Shown here: positions 48,996 to 60,670 of the stretch, one piece after another
Numbering within the stretch: the stretch's first letter is position 1
How the letters are laid out: the number at the start of each line of letters is the position of its first letter
DNA from: Mobula hypostoma
Lineage: Eukaryota
NCBI RefSeq assembly: GCF_963921235.1
Contig: NC_086108.1
Span: forward strand, 90,150,001 to 90,214,000
Length of the DNA: 64,000 nucleotides
Direction of reading: 5' to 3'
Made by a program: the position numbers and the translations under genes
Notes under the pieces: generated by a model
What the model was told of the DNA's origin: nothing
Databases searched by the model: none
The model's input: the letters and a program-made list of their open reading frames with translations, nothing else

Positions 48996-51164
48996 CTTCT
49001 TTCAGTCTTCCTGATTTCTTTCTTTGGTGTTCTCTTGCATTTTTTATGCTCCATAAGCACCTCATTTGTTCCTACTTGCCCATTCCTGCTATGCAGCTCT
49101 TTACTTCTCTTAACCAGGGCCTCAATATCTCTTAAAAACCAAGGGTCTCTACACTCATTATCTTTACCTTTCATTCTGACAGGCACATACAAGCTTTGTA
49201 CTCTCAAACTTCTGATTCTGAAGCCCTTTGCCAGAAAACAACCCTGTCCTAATCCACAATTGGTAGGTCATTTCGGATACCATCAAAATTGGCCTTTCTC
49301 CAATTTAGAGTCTCAACCCGCAGACTAGACTTTTTGCACATTTACTTTGAAACTAATAGCATTGTGGTCACTAGATACAATGTGTTCCGCTACACAAATT
49401 TCTGTCATCTGCCCTGTCTCATTCCCTAATAGCAGATCCAGTATCGCACATTATCTTGTTGGGACCTCTGATGAAGGAAACTTTCCTGAAACATAAGACG
49501 AACTCTATCCCATCTAGTCCTTCTACAGTATGAGATTCCCAGTCAATATGTGGAAAGTTAAAATTGCTTGCTATAACAACCTTATGTTTCTTGCAACAGT
49601 CTGTGACCCCTTTACAAATTTGTTCCTCTAAATCCCACGGACTGTTGGGTGGTCTGTAATATAGCCCCATTAATGTGGTCGTATGTTTCTTTAATCCCTC
49701 CCGCTCTGTTGCATCAAAGCAACTGAACCCCTGAACACTGAGCTGGCAGTCCCGCCCCTCCTGTAACCTAGTCTCGCTAATGGGTACAGTATTATAATTC
49801 CATGTTAGTCCATGCCCTGAATTCATCCGCCCTTCCTACGATATTTCTTGCATCGAAGTACACACAGCCCAGGGCACTAGTCGTGCTATGCTCACCCTTT
49901 TGATTTCTGACTTTGACTCAGGTTTTACCAATATCTGCCTCCACAACGTCTCTACTAACTGTTGTTGCACTCTGGTTCCCATCCCCCTGAAACTCTAGTT
50001 TAAACCCCACTGTGCTGCATTAACAAACTTTCCCTCTAGGATTTTAGTCTCTATCCAACCCAGGTGCAAACCGTCTCTTCTGTACAGGTCCCACCTTCCC
50101 TGGAAGGGAGCCCAATGATGGAAAAATCTTATGCTCAATGATCCAAAAAGCTTATGCCCTCCCTCCTACACCAACTCCTTACCCACATGTTAAACTGTAT
50201 AAACTTCCTAGTTCTGGCCTCTTCAGCGCATGGCACTGGTAACAATCCTCAGATCACAATCCTGGATGTCCTGCCCTTTAACTAGCACCTAACTCCCTGA
50301 ACTCCCTGGCCAGAACCTTATCACTCGTCTTATCCCTGTCTTTGGTACCTACATAGACCACAACTTCTGGCTGTTCATCTTCCCACTCAAGAATGCTGAG
50401 GACTCCATCGGAGATGTTCCAGATACTGACACCCGGGAGGCAACTTACCATCTGGGAATCTTGTTCTTGCCCACAAACCTCCTGTCCATTCCCCTAACTA
50501 ATGAAACCCCTATCACCACAGCTCACCTCTTCTACTTCTTCCCTTCTGAATCACAGAGCCAGACTCAGTGCCAGTGAACCAACCACTGTGACTTTCCTCT
50601 GTTAGATCGTTTCCCCTAACATTATCCAAAGCGATATACCTGTTGTTGAGGGGGATGGCCACAAGAATACTCTGCATTGGCTGTTAAACGGCTTTCCCCT
50701 TCCTGACTGTCACCCACTTCCCGTGTCCTGTACCTTGGGTGTAACTACCTTTCTATACGTCCTATCTATAACCCCCTCAAGCCTCCCGAATGATCCAGAG
50801 TTCGTCCAATTCCAGCTCCAACTCCTTAACACAGATCATTAAAAGCTGCAGCTGGATGCACTTCTTGAAGTTGGAGTCATCAGGGACCCTAACGGTCTCC
50901 CAGCTTTTCTACATCCAACAAGAAGTGCATTCAACTATCCTGCCTAGCATCTCGGCTGCCCCTAACTGAGCAGATATAACGAAGGGAAGGGGAAATAATG
51001 CTTTACCCAGAGCTTTCTGTTTTTTGCTTTCTCTGACTGAAGCCTCCCTTTGCTGAAGCCTTGAAGAGCTCAGGACAAGATCACCACTCCAACTCTGTCC
51101 ACGCCGACAATGGCCGCAGCGCTCACTCCGTCCTTTCGTTTGCTCTTGCTAATCAACCCTAATG

Positions 51165-51425
51165 CCAATTTGTCACTGGTCAGGGCTCAGTTACGCTGCC
51201 GCGATCTGATGCTGCCTTTTTCTATTCCGTCAATGGACCTGAGTGAAATCCTGTCCTCTCAAAAACTTCTGATGTCGGATTGGTCATTGGTCACAGCTCG
51301 GTTATGCTGCTGCTATACACTGCTGCCTTTTTCTACTCGGTTTGTGAACCTGAGTGAAGCCCTCTCCTCTCAGATTTCTGACGTCCAGATTGATCGTTGG
51401 TCAGAGCTCAATTACACTGCTGCAA
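51165..51425 (-). repeat. About 110-bp tandem repeat (about 2.3 copies) at the 5' end of the old CR1
   Basis: tggtca..gctc..tta..ctgc at 51177, 51288 and 51398; tgctgcctttttcta and acctgagtgaa each occur twice. Confidence 0.8.
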
Positions 51426-51429
51426 ATAC

Positions 51430-51592
51430 GTTGGGAGTATTTTACAGTTGACAATTAACCTGCCAACAGCTTGTCTTTGGGGTGTGGGAGAAAACCAGAG
51501 CAGCTGGAGAATGCACGCACAGAGGGAGTTTGTGGACAGCAGTGGGGGCAAACCTGTGGAACACTGGTAGCTGCAGCTCCATTGTGCCACCC
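51430..51592 (-). mobile_element. V-domain SINE fragment
   Basis: caattaacctgccaac...gtctttggggtgtgggagaaaaccagagca is the reverse complement of the V-core. Confidence 0.6.
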
Positions 51593-51639
51593 TTGTCTTC
51601 ACCATCTCAGTCAAAGTCATTTCCCTCTCACCACCCCCT

Positions 51640-52193
51640 CCACCTGCCCATTGCTGGGAATGATTCTCAGGAAACACAACTACGGCCTCCCGCATGATCT
51701 CCTTCACATGTTCTGCCGGTCTGTTGTCGCCAGTACAATCTTCTCTGTAGTGGTGGGCTGAACCAATGGCATATACATGGGTGATGCCGACAGGCTCAGT
51801 AAACTGATTAGAAAGGCTGGCTCTGTTATAGGAGTCAAACTGGACACACTGAAGGCTGTGAAAGGACCCTCAGGATATTCTGGCAATGCAATTCTGAACA
51901 ATATTTCTCACCTTCTGCATGCCACCTTGGCTGGACAGAAGGGTACATTTAGTAATAGACTAAGATAACTACACTGCTCCAAAGAGCGCTATATGACGTC
52001 ATGCTTACCCTCGACCTTTAGTCTCTATAATGAGTCAACCTATGGCTGGGTAAGTGATGACCCCTCTTGTTAGAATGCTTGTGGTAACTTATTTTTTATT
52101 CTTTCTACTTCTCTTCTAATATTTATATCTGTGCACTTGTAATGCTACTGTGACACTGTAATTTCCTTTGGGATCAATAAAGTATCTATCTAT
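51640..52193 (+). mobile_element. Rex1/Babar-like 3' fragment
   Basis: LLHMFCRSVVASTIF, RLSKLIRKAGSVIG; tail gggatcaataaagtatctatctat. Confidence 0.75.
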
Positions 52194-52481
52194 TTGGTAG
52201 TTCAGTCCCACTCTGCTCTCCGCTTCATGCCCATCACCAGATTAGCTGCCAGATTGTCCATTTTACCACCTGCCAGACTGGCACAGGATTTGAAATATGC
52301 AGATGAGGTACTGACGTTAGATTAAGCAGGAACTCTCCATGGCTGGCTGCATTTGTTTGGTATTCCTGTCATTACCTGCATCTTGTTACCTCATGTGACT
52401 TAAAATTAAGATGTTCCAAGTGCTTCACTTTCGTCAACTGGATGTAGGAAATTCTTTCTATTGAAATTATTTCTATAATCG

Positions 52482-53035
52482 AGTCATAGAATTCTACAGC
52501 ACCGAAACAGGCCCTTCAGCCCATCTAGTCCATACTGAACTATTATTCTGCCCATCAATCTATACCCGGACCATTGCTCTTCATACCCCTCCCATCCATA
52601 TACTTATCCACATTCCTCTTGAATACTGAAATTGAACCCACATCCACCACTATCGCTGGAAGCTCATTCCACACTCTCACTACCCTCTGAGTGAAGAAGT
52701 CTTCCCTCATGTTCTCCTTAAACATTTCACCTTTCACCTTTAACCAATGAACTCCTTTTGTATTCTCACCAACCTCAGTCAAAAAAGTCTGCTTGCATTT
52801 ACCTTGTCCATACCCGTCATCACTTTGTATACTTCTGTCAAATCTCTGTTCGTTCTCCTATGTTCCAGGGAATAAGGTCCTAATCCTAGTCAATCTTTTC
52901 CAATAACTCAGGCCCTCAAGTCCCAGCAACATCCTTGTAAATTTTCTTTGCAATCTTTCAATCTTATTGATTTCCTGCCTGTAGGTATGGGACCAGAACT
53001 CCACACGATACTCCAAATTAGGCCCCACCAAAGTC
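52482..53035 (-). mobile_element. Old CR1 3' fragment
   Basis: LVGPNLEYRVEFWS...ERLQRKFTRML and FFTQRVVRVWNELP; tail acaggcccttcagccca. Confidence 0.8.
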
Positions 53036-54695
53036 TCCATGAAATGTAAAACCAGCCCACAGTAGCTATTTTGCACAAACTTGCAAAGGAAAATTTTTAT
53101 AATATTGCTCCTAATATATTTGTATGGACTTTTAATTGATCTACGTGTATATGCCAATCATCAGTCAGATGGGGAAACCAAACTCCAAATATGTTTTTTA
53201 AATTACTTGGCAAGTTCATCTGTATGATAGCTTGCCACAGATATATACAACAGCGCAAGAAAAAAATAATCATTCTGTACCATATTGCTTTGCACCATAT
53301 TTCAATAAAATGAAGGACTACTTTGTTATTCATGGAATAAAACACAGAATATGGAACATTACCACACAGTACAAGCCCTTCATCCATGATGTTGTATTCA
53401 GATAGTAGGATAATTGGTAACGTGTGTAATTGGGCAGTACGGACTCACTGGGTCAGAAGGGCCAGTTATCATGATATTTCTCTAAATAAATAACCAAATA
53501 AAAGTTTATTGGCTTATGTGGGGCACAAACTAAATGAGTAAAATAACTTTCCAACTTAGTATAAGGCAGTTCTTCAAGTCAGTATCCTTAGCCTAACTGT
53601 AGAAACTCTTCACTAATATACCCCTCCAACTCTCCACCTGCTTTATAACTCAGAACCCAGTTTGTTACTCTTAACTGATCTGAATTCATCTCCATTTGCA
53701 TTATAGAACATCGAACAATGCAGCATAGTACAGACCCTTTGGCCCAGGATGTTGTGCCAAATTTTTAACCAACTCTAACCCTTCCTTCCCTCATAACCTT
53801 CCATTTTGCTTTCATCCATGTGCCTACCTAATAGTCTCTTAAATGTCCCGATCTATTCTGCCTTTCATTGCTAAAAGTGATGCTTAATCCTTTGCTCATC
53901 CTAATCAAAATAAATTTCATTAGAAAACTAAGGAGTGACATTTTCAGAAAATAGTGCCTACACCATTCAATTAGCGTACTAATTGGTAGAACGTTGATGG
54001 AGCAAGGACAACTTATTTGTAAAATCAGATTAAGTGAGAACAAAAACATGACTTTAACCAATGCAAATGAATTAAATAAAGTATGCTTTCATTTTAATTT
54101 ACTAAACAAACCAGATCAGCACATAAAAATTAAAATAGATTTTTTCAAGTATATTAATTTGGCTTAGGATTTTTTTCCCTGAAGGAAAAATAGTTGGAAA
54201 AAAATCAATTCTTCTAATATAATATATTTTGTATCTTAAAAATAACTTAATATATTTCTAGGTTTGCAAGAGAGAAAGTACTGCATTTGCCACATATTAT
54301 ACAAGACACAGTAAATAGCAAGAAATCTTCCATACTCTGTTTTCATACAGAGCAGAATCGATGGGCCAATTGGCCTAATTCTGCTCCTGTATCTTACGGT
54401 CTCATTAATGATTTATGTCTGCTCCTATATACTACCACCTATCGATTCACAATTAAAAACCACAAACCCTTAATTGAAACCACAAATAACACTCTATGAC
54501 AGATAAATATTTGTAGCATACATCTAATTGGGAGGTAAATGAAGCAGATTATATCATATTGAAATATAATTTAATTTTAAGTTAATATTTTTGCCATGTC
54601 TCATCTCAGTCCAGTCTATTAGTTTAGGCACCAGTTAGTCTACTCTAAATAATAGGAAAAGAAATTAAAAAATAAATCTATTATGAGAAAGATGA

Positions 54696-54966
54696 GGGTG
54701 GTACAGAAGTGTGGTGTTTAACATAATGCTGTTACAGGTCCAGCAATGAAGGTTCTATTCCCATCGCTATAAGGAGTTTGTACATTTTTCCAGTGACTGC
54801 GTGGATTTCTTTTGGGTGCTCTGGCTTTACTCCCATATTCCAAAGACGTACAGGTTAGTAGGGCAAATGCTCATATGCGTGTAATTAGGCGCTGCAGGCT
54901 CATTGTCCAGGAAGGACTTGTTACAATGATGTATCTCTAAATAAAATAAATAAATGATAAAATAAA
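54696..54966 (+). mobile_element. tRNA-derived V-domain SINE (HE1-like)
   Basis: V-core aaggagtttgtacatttttccagtgactgcgtggatttct...tcccatattccaaagacgtacaggttag; A-rich tail. Confidence 0.75.
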
Positions 54967-55841
54967 AAGTTACTCTATCGTATCTTCAAGCCTGAAGCAA
55001 ATGCATGGTCCAAGAATCTCTTGATATCTAATACCGGACATTGGGCATAATATTACATATCTATAAGGTTTGAATAACTTGTATCATTTTAAATGACTGT
55101 GGTTCTGGTTTCCATTTTGCATGTTTTGATAGAAGCTTTTTATCAGTGGAAACTTCAATGACTGTTCAGACTGCTTTCCTATCTCCATCTTTTCCTCCTC
55201 ATCTCAACATTAGGACATTATTTCATCCCGTCTGTAAGATCACATGGCAAAGTTTCTGCAAACAATTACTTCTGTTTCAAACTCACACTGTGTCAGAAGG
55301 AAAAAAACAAAAAAAGTCTGTAGATGCAGCATCTGAAAATAAAGCGTAAATACTGGAAGAACTCAGTCAGTCAAACGGGTTAATAGAGAAAGAAACAAGT
55401 TGATCGTTCAGATCAGGTTTTTTCTTTGCACAGATGCTGCTTGACTGGTGAGTTCTTCCAGTATTTCTAATTCGTGTTTCATGGAGGTGAATCAAATTTC
55501 AAACCAGGACTTGAAAACTTCAACTCAATTAAAATGCATAGAGAAATGGTGGTACCTCTCAGTAAGGTAAGAACTTTAGTTGAAAGAGATACAGACTTAC
55601 TCTTTAAGGTTAGTAAAAGAAAATTAAGAATGAAACTGTAAATGCCAGAACTCTAAGGACATTTTTTTTTTCTCTTCATTCCGTTTTCCCGATTATGCTT
55701 CATGGTTTTGACCTTCTGGACTTGGCTAATGCATCCAGTGGTGGTGTTTCTGAGCCAATCTGGATAATGAAGATTGAAATCCATTGCCCAGAATGTGATC
55801 TATGATCTTGTTCTCCTCAGTCCTTTTCTAAGTAATGTTAA

Positions 55842-58800
55842 CATAGAAACATAGAAACATAGAAACATAGAAAATAGGTGCAGGAGTAGGCCATTCGGCC
55901 CTTCGAGCCTGCACCGCCATTTATTATGATCATGGCTGATCATCCAACTCAGAACCCAGCCTTCCCTCCATACCCCGTGACCCCTGTAGCCACAAGGGCC
56001 ATATCTAACTTCCTTTTAAACATAGCTAATGAACTGGCCTCAACAGTTTGCTGTGGCAGAGAATTCCACAGATTCACCACTCTCTGTGTGAAGAAGTTTT
56101 TCCTAACCTCGGTCCTAAAAGGCTTCCCCTCTATCCTCAAACTGTGACCCCTCATTCTAGACCTCCCCAACATCGGGAACAATCTTCCCGCATCTAGCCT
56201 GTCCAATCCCTTTAGGATCTTATACGTTTCAATCAGATCCCCCCTCAATCTTCTAAATTCCAACGAGTACAAGCCCAGTTCATCCAGTCTTTCTTCATAT
56301 GAAAGACCTGCCATCCCAGGAATCAATCTGGTGAACCTTCTTTGTACTCCCTCTATGGCAAGGATGTCTTTCCTCAGATTAGGGGACCAAAACTGCACAC
56401 AATACTCCAGGTGTGGTCTCACCAAGGCCTTGTACAACTGCAGTAGTACCTCCCTGCTCCTGTACTCGAATCCTCTCGCTATAAATGCCAGCATACCGTT
56501 CGCCTTTTTCACCGCCTGCTGTACCTGCATGCCCACTTTCAATGACTGGTGTATAATGACACCCAGGTCTCGTTGCACCTCCCCTTTTCCTAATCGGCCA
56601 CCATTCAGATAATAATCTGTTTTCCTATTTTTGCCACCAAAGTGGATAACTTCACATTTATCCACATTAAATTGCATCTGCCATGAGTTTGCCCACTCAC
56701 CCAACCTATCCAAGTCACCCTGCATCCTCTTAGCATCCTCCTCACTGCTAACACTGCCACCCAGCTTCGTGTCATCCGCAAACTTGGAGATGCTGCATTT
56801 AATTCCCTCATCCAAGTCATTAATATATATTGTAAACAACAGGGGTCCCAGCACTGAGCCTTGCGGTACCCCACTAGTCACCGCCTGCCATTCTGAAAAG
56901 GTCCCGTTTATTCCCACTCTTTGCTTCCTGTCTGCTAACCAATTCTCCACCCACACCAATACCTTACCCCCAATACCATGTGCTTTAAGTTTGCACACTA
57001 ATCTCCTGTGTGGGACCTTGTCAAAAGCCTTTTGAAAATCCAAATATACCACATCCACTGGTTCTCCCCTATCCACTCTACTAGTTACATCCTCAAAAAA
57101 TTCTATGAGATTCGTCAGACATGATTTTCCTTCCACAAATCCATGCTGACTTTGTCCGATCATTTCACCGCTTTCCAAATGTGCTGTTATCACATCCTTG
57201 ATAACTGACTCCAGCAGTTTCCCCACCACCGACGTTAGGCTAACCGGCCTATAATTCCCCGGTTTCTCTCTCCCTCCTTTTTTAAAAAGTGGGGTTACAT
57301 TAGCCACCCTCCAATCCTCAGGAACTAGTCCAGAATCTAACGAGTTTTGAAAAATTATCACTAATGCATCCACTATTTCTTGGGCCACTTCCTTAAGCAC
57401 TCTGGGATGCAGACCATCTGGCACTGGGGATTTATCTGCCTTCAATCCCTTCAATTTACCTAACACCACTTCCCTACTAACATGTATTTCGCTCAGTTCC
57501 TCCATCTCACTGGACCCTCTGTCCCTTACTATTTCTGGAAGATTATTTATGTCCTCCTTAGTGAAGACAGAACCAAAGTAATTATTCAATTGGTCTGCCA
57601 TGTCCTTGCTCCCCATAATCAATTCACCTGTTTCTGTTTGCAGGGGACCTACATTTGTCTTTATCAGTCTTTTCCTTTTTACATATCTATAAAAGCTTTT
57701 ACAGTCCGTTTTTATGTTCTCTGCCAGTTTTCTCTCATAATCTTTTTTCCCCTTCCTAATTAAGCCCTTTGTCCTCCTCTGCTGAACTCTGAATTTCTCC
57801 CAGTCCTCAGGTGAGCCACTTTCTCTGGCTAATTTGTATGCTACTTCTTTGGAATTGATACTATCCCTAATTTCTCTTGTCAGCCACGGGTGCACTACCT
57901 TCCTTGATTTATTCTTTTGCCAAACTGGGATGAACAATTGTTGTAGTTCATCCATGCAACCTTTAAATGCCTGCCATTGCATATCCACCGTCAATCCTTG
58001 AAGTGTCATTTGCCAGTCTATCTTAGCTAATTCATGTCTCATACCTTCAAAGTTACCCCTCTTTAAGTTCAGAACCTTTGTTTCTGAATTAACTACGTCA
58101 CTCTCCATGTTAATGAAGAATTCCACCATATTATGGTCACTCTTACCCAAGGGGCCTCTCACGACAAGATCGCTAATTAACCCTTCCTCATTGCTCAAAA
58201 CCCAGTCCAGAATAGCCTGCTCTCTAGTCGGTTCCTCGACATGTTGGTTCAAAAAACCATCCCGCATACATTCCAAGAAATCCTCTTCCTCAGCACCTTT
58301 ACCAATTTGGTTCACCCAGTCTACATGTAGATTGAAGTCACCCATTATAACTGCTGTTCCTTTATTGCACACATTTCTAATTTCCTGTTTAATACCATCT
58401 CCGACCTCACTACTACTGTTAGGTGGCCTGTACACAACTCCCAGCAGCGTCTTCTGCCCCTTAGTGTTACGCAGCTCTACCCATATCGATTCCACATCTT
58501 CCCGGCTTATGTCCTTCCTTTCTATTGCGTTAATCTCTTTTTTAACCAGCAACGCCACCCCACCTCCCCTTCCTTCATGTCTATCCCTCCTGAATATTGA
58601 ATATCCCTGAACGTTGAGCTCCCATCCCTGGTCACCCTGGAGCCATGTCTCTGTGATCCCAACTATATCATAATCATTAATAACAATCTGCACTTTCAAT
58701 TCATCCACCTTATTACGAATGCTCCTTGCATTGACACATAAAGCCTTCAGGCGCTCTTTTACAACTCTCTTAGCCCTTTTTAATGCTTGCCCTGGATTTG

Positions 58801-58892
58801 TCGGCCTGCCACTTTTACTTTTCCCCTTTGTACTTTTTGCTTCTACGCTCACTTTACACCCCTCTGTCTCTCTGCACTGGTTCCCATCCCTC
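55842..58892 (-). mobile_element. Young CR1, 5'-truncated just inside ORF2, inverted relative to 44254-48555
   Basis: (acatagaa)n tail at 55842; similarity to the + copy ends at 58892 (equivalent to 45484); possible TSD ttaa. Confidence 0.96.
55949..58891 (-). CDS. CR1 ORF2 (APE plus RT), uninterrupted but orphaned
   Basis: Same motifs as 45407-48460, including FADD; the first codons of the called ORF (MNTPSYL) come from flanking DNA. Confidence 0.9.
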   Translation of the reverse strand, partial: RDGNQCRETEGCKVSVEAKSTKGKSKSGRPTNPGQALKRAKRVVKERLKALCVNARSIRNKVDELKVQIVINDYDIVGITETWLQGDQGWELNVQGYSIFRRDRHEGRGGGVALLVKKEINAIERKDISREDVESIWVELRNTKGQKTLLGVVYRPPNSSSEVGDGIKQEIRNVCNKGTAVIMGDFNLHVDWVNQIGKGAEEEDFLECMRDGFLNQHVEEPTREQAILDWVLSNEEGLISDLVVRGPLGKSDHNMVEFFINMESDVVNSETKVLNLKRGNFEGMRHELAKIDWQMTLQGLTVDMQWQAFKGCMDELQQLFIPVWQKNKSRKVVHPWLTREIRDSINSKEVAYKLARESGSPEDWEKFRVQQRRTKGLIRKGKKDYERKLAENIKTDCKSFYRYVKRKRLIKTNVGPLQTETGELIMGSKDMADQLNNYFGSVFTKEDINNLPEIVRDRGSSEMEELSEIHVSREVVLGKLKGLKADKSPVPDGLHPRVLKEVAQEIVDALVIIFQNSLDSGLVPEDWRVANVTPLFKKGGREKPGNYRPVSLTSVVGKLLESVIKDVITAHLESGEMIGQSQHGFVEGKSCLTNLIEFFEDVTSRVDRGEPVDVVYLDFQKAFDKVPHRRLVCKLKAHGIGGKVLVWVENWLADRKQRVGINGTFSEWQAVTSGVPQGSVLGPLLFTIYINDLDEGIKCSISKFADDTKLGGSVSSEEDAKRMQGDLDRLGEWANSWQMQFNVDKCEVIHFGGKNRKTDYYLNGGRLGKGEVQRDLGVIIHQSLKVGMQVQQAVKKANGMLAFIARGFEYRSREVLLQLYKALVRPHLEYCVQFWSPNLRKDILAIEGVQRRFTRLIPGMAGLSYEERLDELGLYSLEFRRLRGDLIETYKILKGLDRLDAGRLFPMLGRSRMRGHSLRIEGKPFRTEVRKNFFTQRVVNLWNSLPQQTVEASSLAMFKRKLDMALVATGVTGYGGKAGF

Positions 58893-59784
58893 CTTAAATA
58901 TGAAGGAGTGTTCATTTATCATATTGATGATTAAGAGTAGATGGTAAAGAATCCGATTTTTAATCTGTGATGGAGATTTTACCATGAGATTTCAGGTGAT
59001 CAAGATAACATCCACATATCATCATGTTCAAAGATTCAAAGTACATCTATTACCAAAGCATGTATACAGAATATAGCTCTGAGATTCATCAGCTCACAGG
59101 CAGCCACAAAACAAAGAAACAACATGGAACACATTCAAGAAAATATCAAGCAAACAATGCCCAAAAAAGAACAAATTGCGCAAACAGCAAAAAATGGGTG
59201 AACAACGCATAGGGTATCACCATCATAGCAGGAGTCTGGGAGTTCAGTTCAGTTCAGTTCAGTGCCACTAGCCAGCTGCAGGCCGCAGAGCCTGTCTGCA
59301 CCGAAGCACCCTAGTCATCACCGAGTGCCCCGATCAAACTGCTTAAAGACAGCAAAACAAAAGAGTAACCAGAATCCAGTAACACGTGCAACATGAACAT
59401 CAAAGTCCCCCCCTCTAAAACAAGTACATAGCCACAAGCCTCCCCGATCAATCCTTGCAACATGGATCCCAAGAATCCTGCAAGAGGGAGAGGAAATCTG
59501 GCTAATCATAGGCAGACGGTGCCAAACACATGCCCGTCCTCTGCTCTCGTCGTCATTGACTTCAATCTTTGACGCCTCAGTCGCAGAGAAACAAGGGAGT
59601 CAATCATGGGCCTGTCCCCCCCCATCTCCAAGCTTCCAGGCCACCAGGCCGTACACTCTGCTCCCACTCTCACCGAACTCCCTTGGAAACGACAAAGCAT
59701 CAGATTGCTCAATTGGCCCAAACACACACCATCAGAAAGTAAGTCACAGGTTCCAACCATACACAGCTTGGCAGTAGAATCATA

Positions 59785-60190
59785 CAAGGGGTGATTGATA
59801 AGTTTGTGGCCTAAGTTAGAAGGAGTCAATTTTAGAAAACCTAACACATTTTCAACATAGTCCCCTCCTACATTTACACACTTAGTCCAGCGGTCGTGGA
59901 GCACACAGATCTTGGACCTCCAGAAAGTGTCCACTGCAGGAGTGATTGAAAAGTTTGTGGCCTAAAGTAGAAGGAAATGAGTTACACAGCTCTCGTTACC
60001 GGCACTTGCAGTTCAACTCTTTGAGTGATTGTGCAGAAAGTTTGAGGTTAATAACATCAGTTAATAATGAGTTATTAACTTCAAATTTTCTGCATAATCA
60101 CTCAAAGAGCTGAACTGCATGTGCATGTAACGAGAGACGTATAACTCATTTTCTTCTACCTTAGGCCACGAATTTAGCAATCACCCCTCA
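59785..60190. mobile_element. Mariner/Tc1-derived non-autonomous element (MITE)
   Basis: TA flanks at 59783 and 60191; TIR aggggtgattgataagtttgtggcctaag...cttaggccacgaatttagcaatcacccct; minus-strand LHDRWTKCVNVGGDYVE resembles a mariner transposase C-terminus. Confidence 0.8.
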
Positions 60191-60670
60191 TATTTGAAGG
60201 CCGCAGTAGTTTTGTGAAATCTCTGCAAGACGTTGCCATTAGTTGCATTGTTTGCTGTTGCTATCTGGAAGCCTTCCTCTATATTGTTTTGTTGTTTTTT
60301 TTATTTTTAAGATCCAGGCCAAACAAACATGCCCAAAATTTATTGCCTATCACATGATGTCCTTAAGAAGACTGCCATCTTAAACCACTGGAGTCCTTTT
60401 GCTGAAGGTACTTCGACTTGGTTCAGTCAAGAGTTACAGGATTTAGACCAAGTAACAATGAAGGGTGTTTCTAAGTCAGGCTGGTATGCAACCTGTAGGG
60501 AAAATGAAGGTGGCTATTTTCCAAATCACCTGAATCACCCTCATCAGAATCAGGTTTATTATCACTGATATATGTCATGAAATGTATTGTTTTGCAGCAC
60601 AGTACAATACATAAAAATTACCATAAGGTACAATAAAAATATATAAACAAATGTGCAGCATAAGAAAATG

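Larger units (their letters stand above)
43200..51430 (-). mobile_element. Old near-full-length CR1 LINE, internally deleted, split by the young CR1 at 44254-48555
   Basis: 3' part 43200-44250 has LIRPNFEYFVQFWSP and FNVDKCEV; 48556-50950 has linker, APE (YYRPPNS) and esterase ORF1 remnants ending QWGLN*; 5' region to about 51430. Confidence 0.82.

Noticed and set aside
51165..51425. CRISPR-like array
   Set aside because: Eukaryotic context; whole units are homologous with no unique spacers, and there are no cas genes.
54061..54068. Octamer ATGCAAAT suggesting an immunoglobulin promoter
   Set aside because: No leader or V exon and no heptamer-nonamer recombination signal seen nearby; expected by chance in AT-rich DNA.
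58893..58915. ATG start for the 988-aa minus ORF
   Set aside because: It lies in flanking DNA beyond the 5' truncation point; a chance in-frame extension with no evidence of expression.
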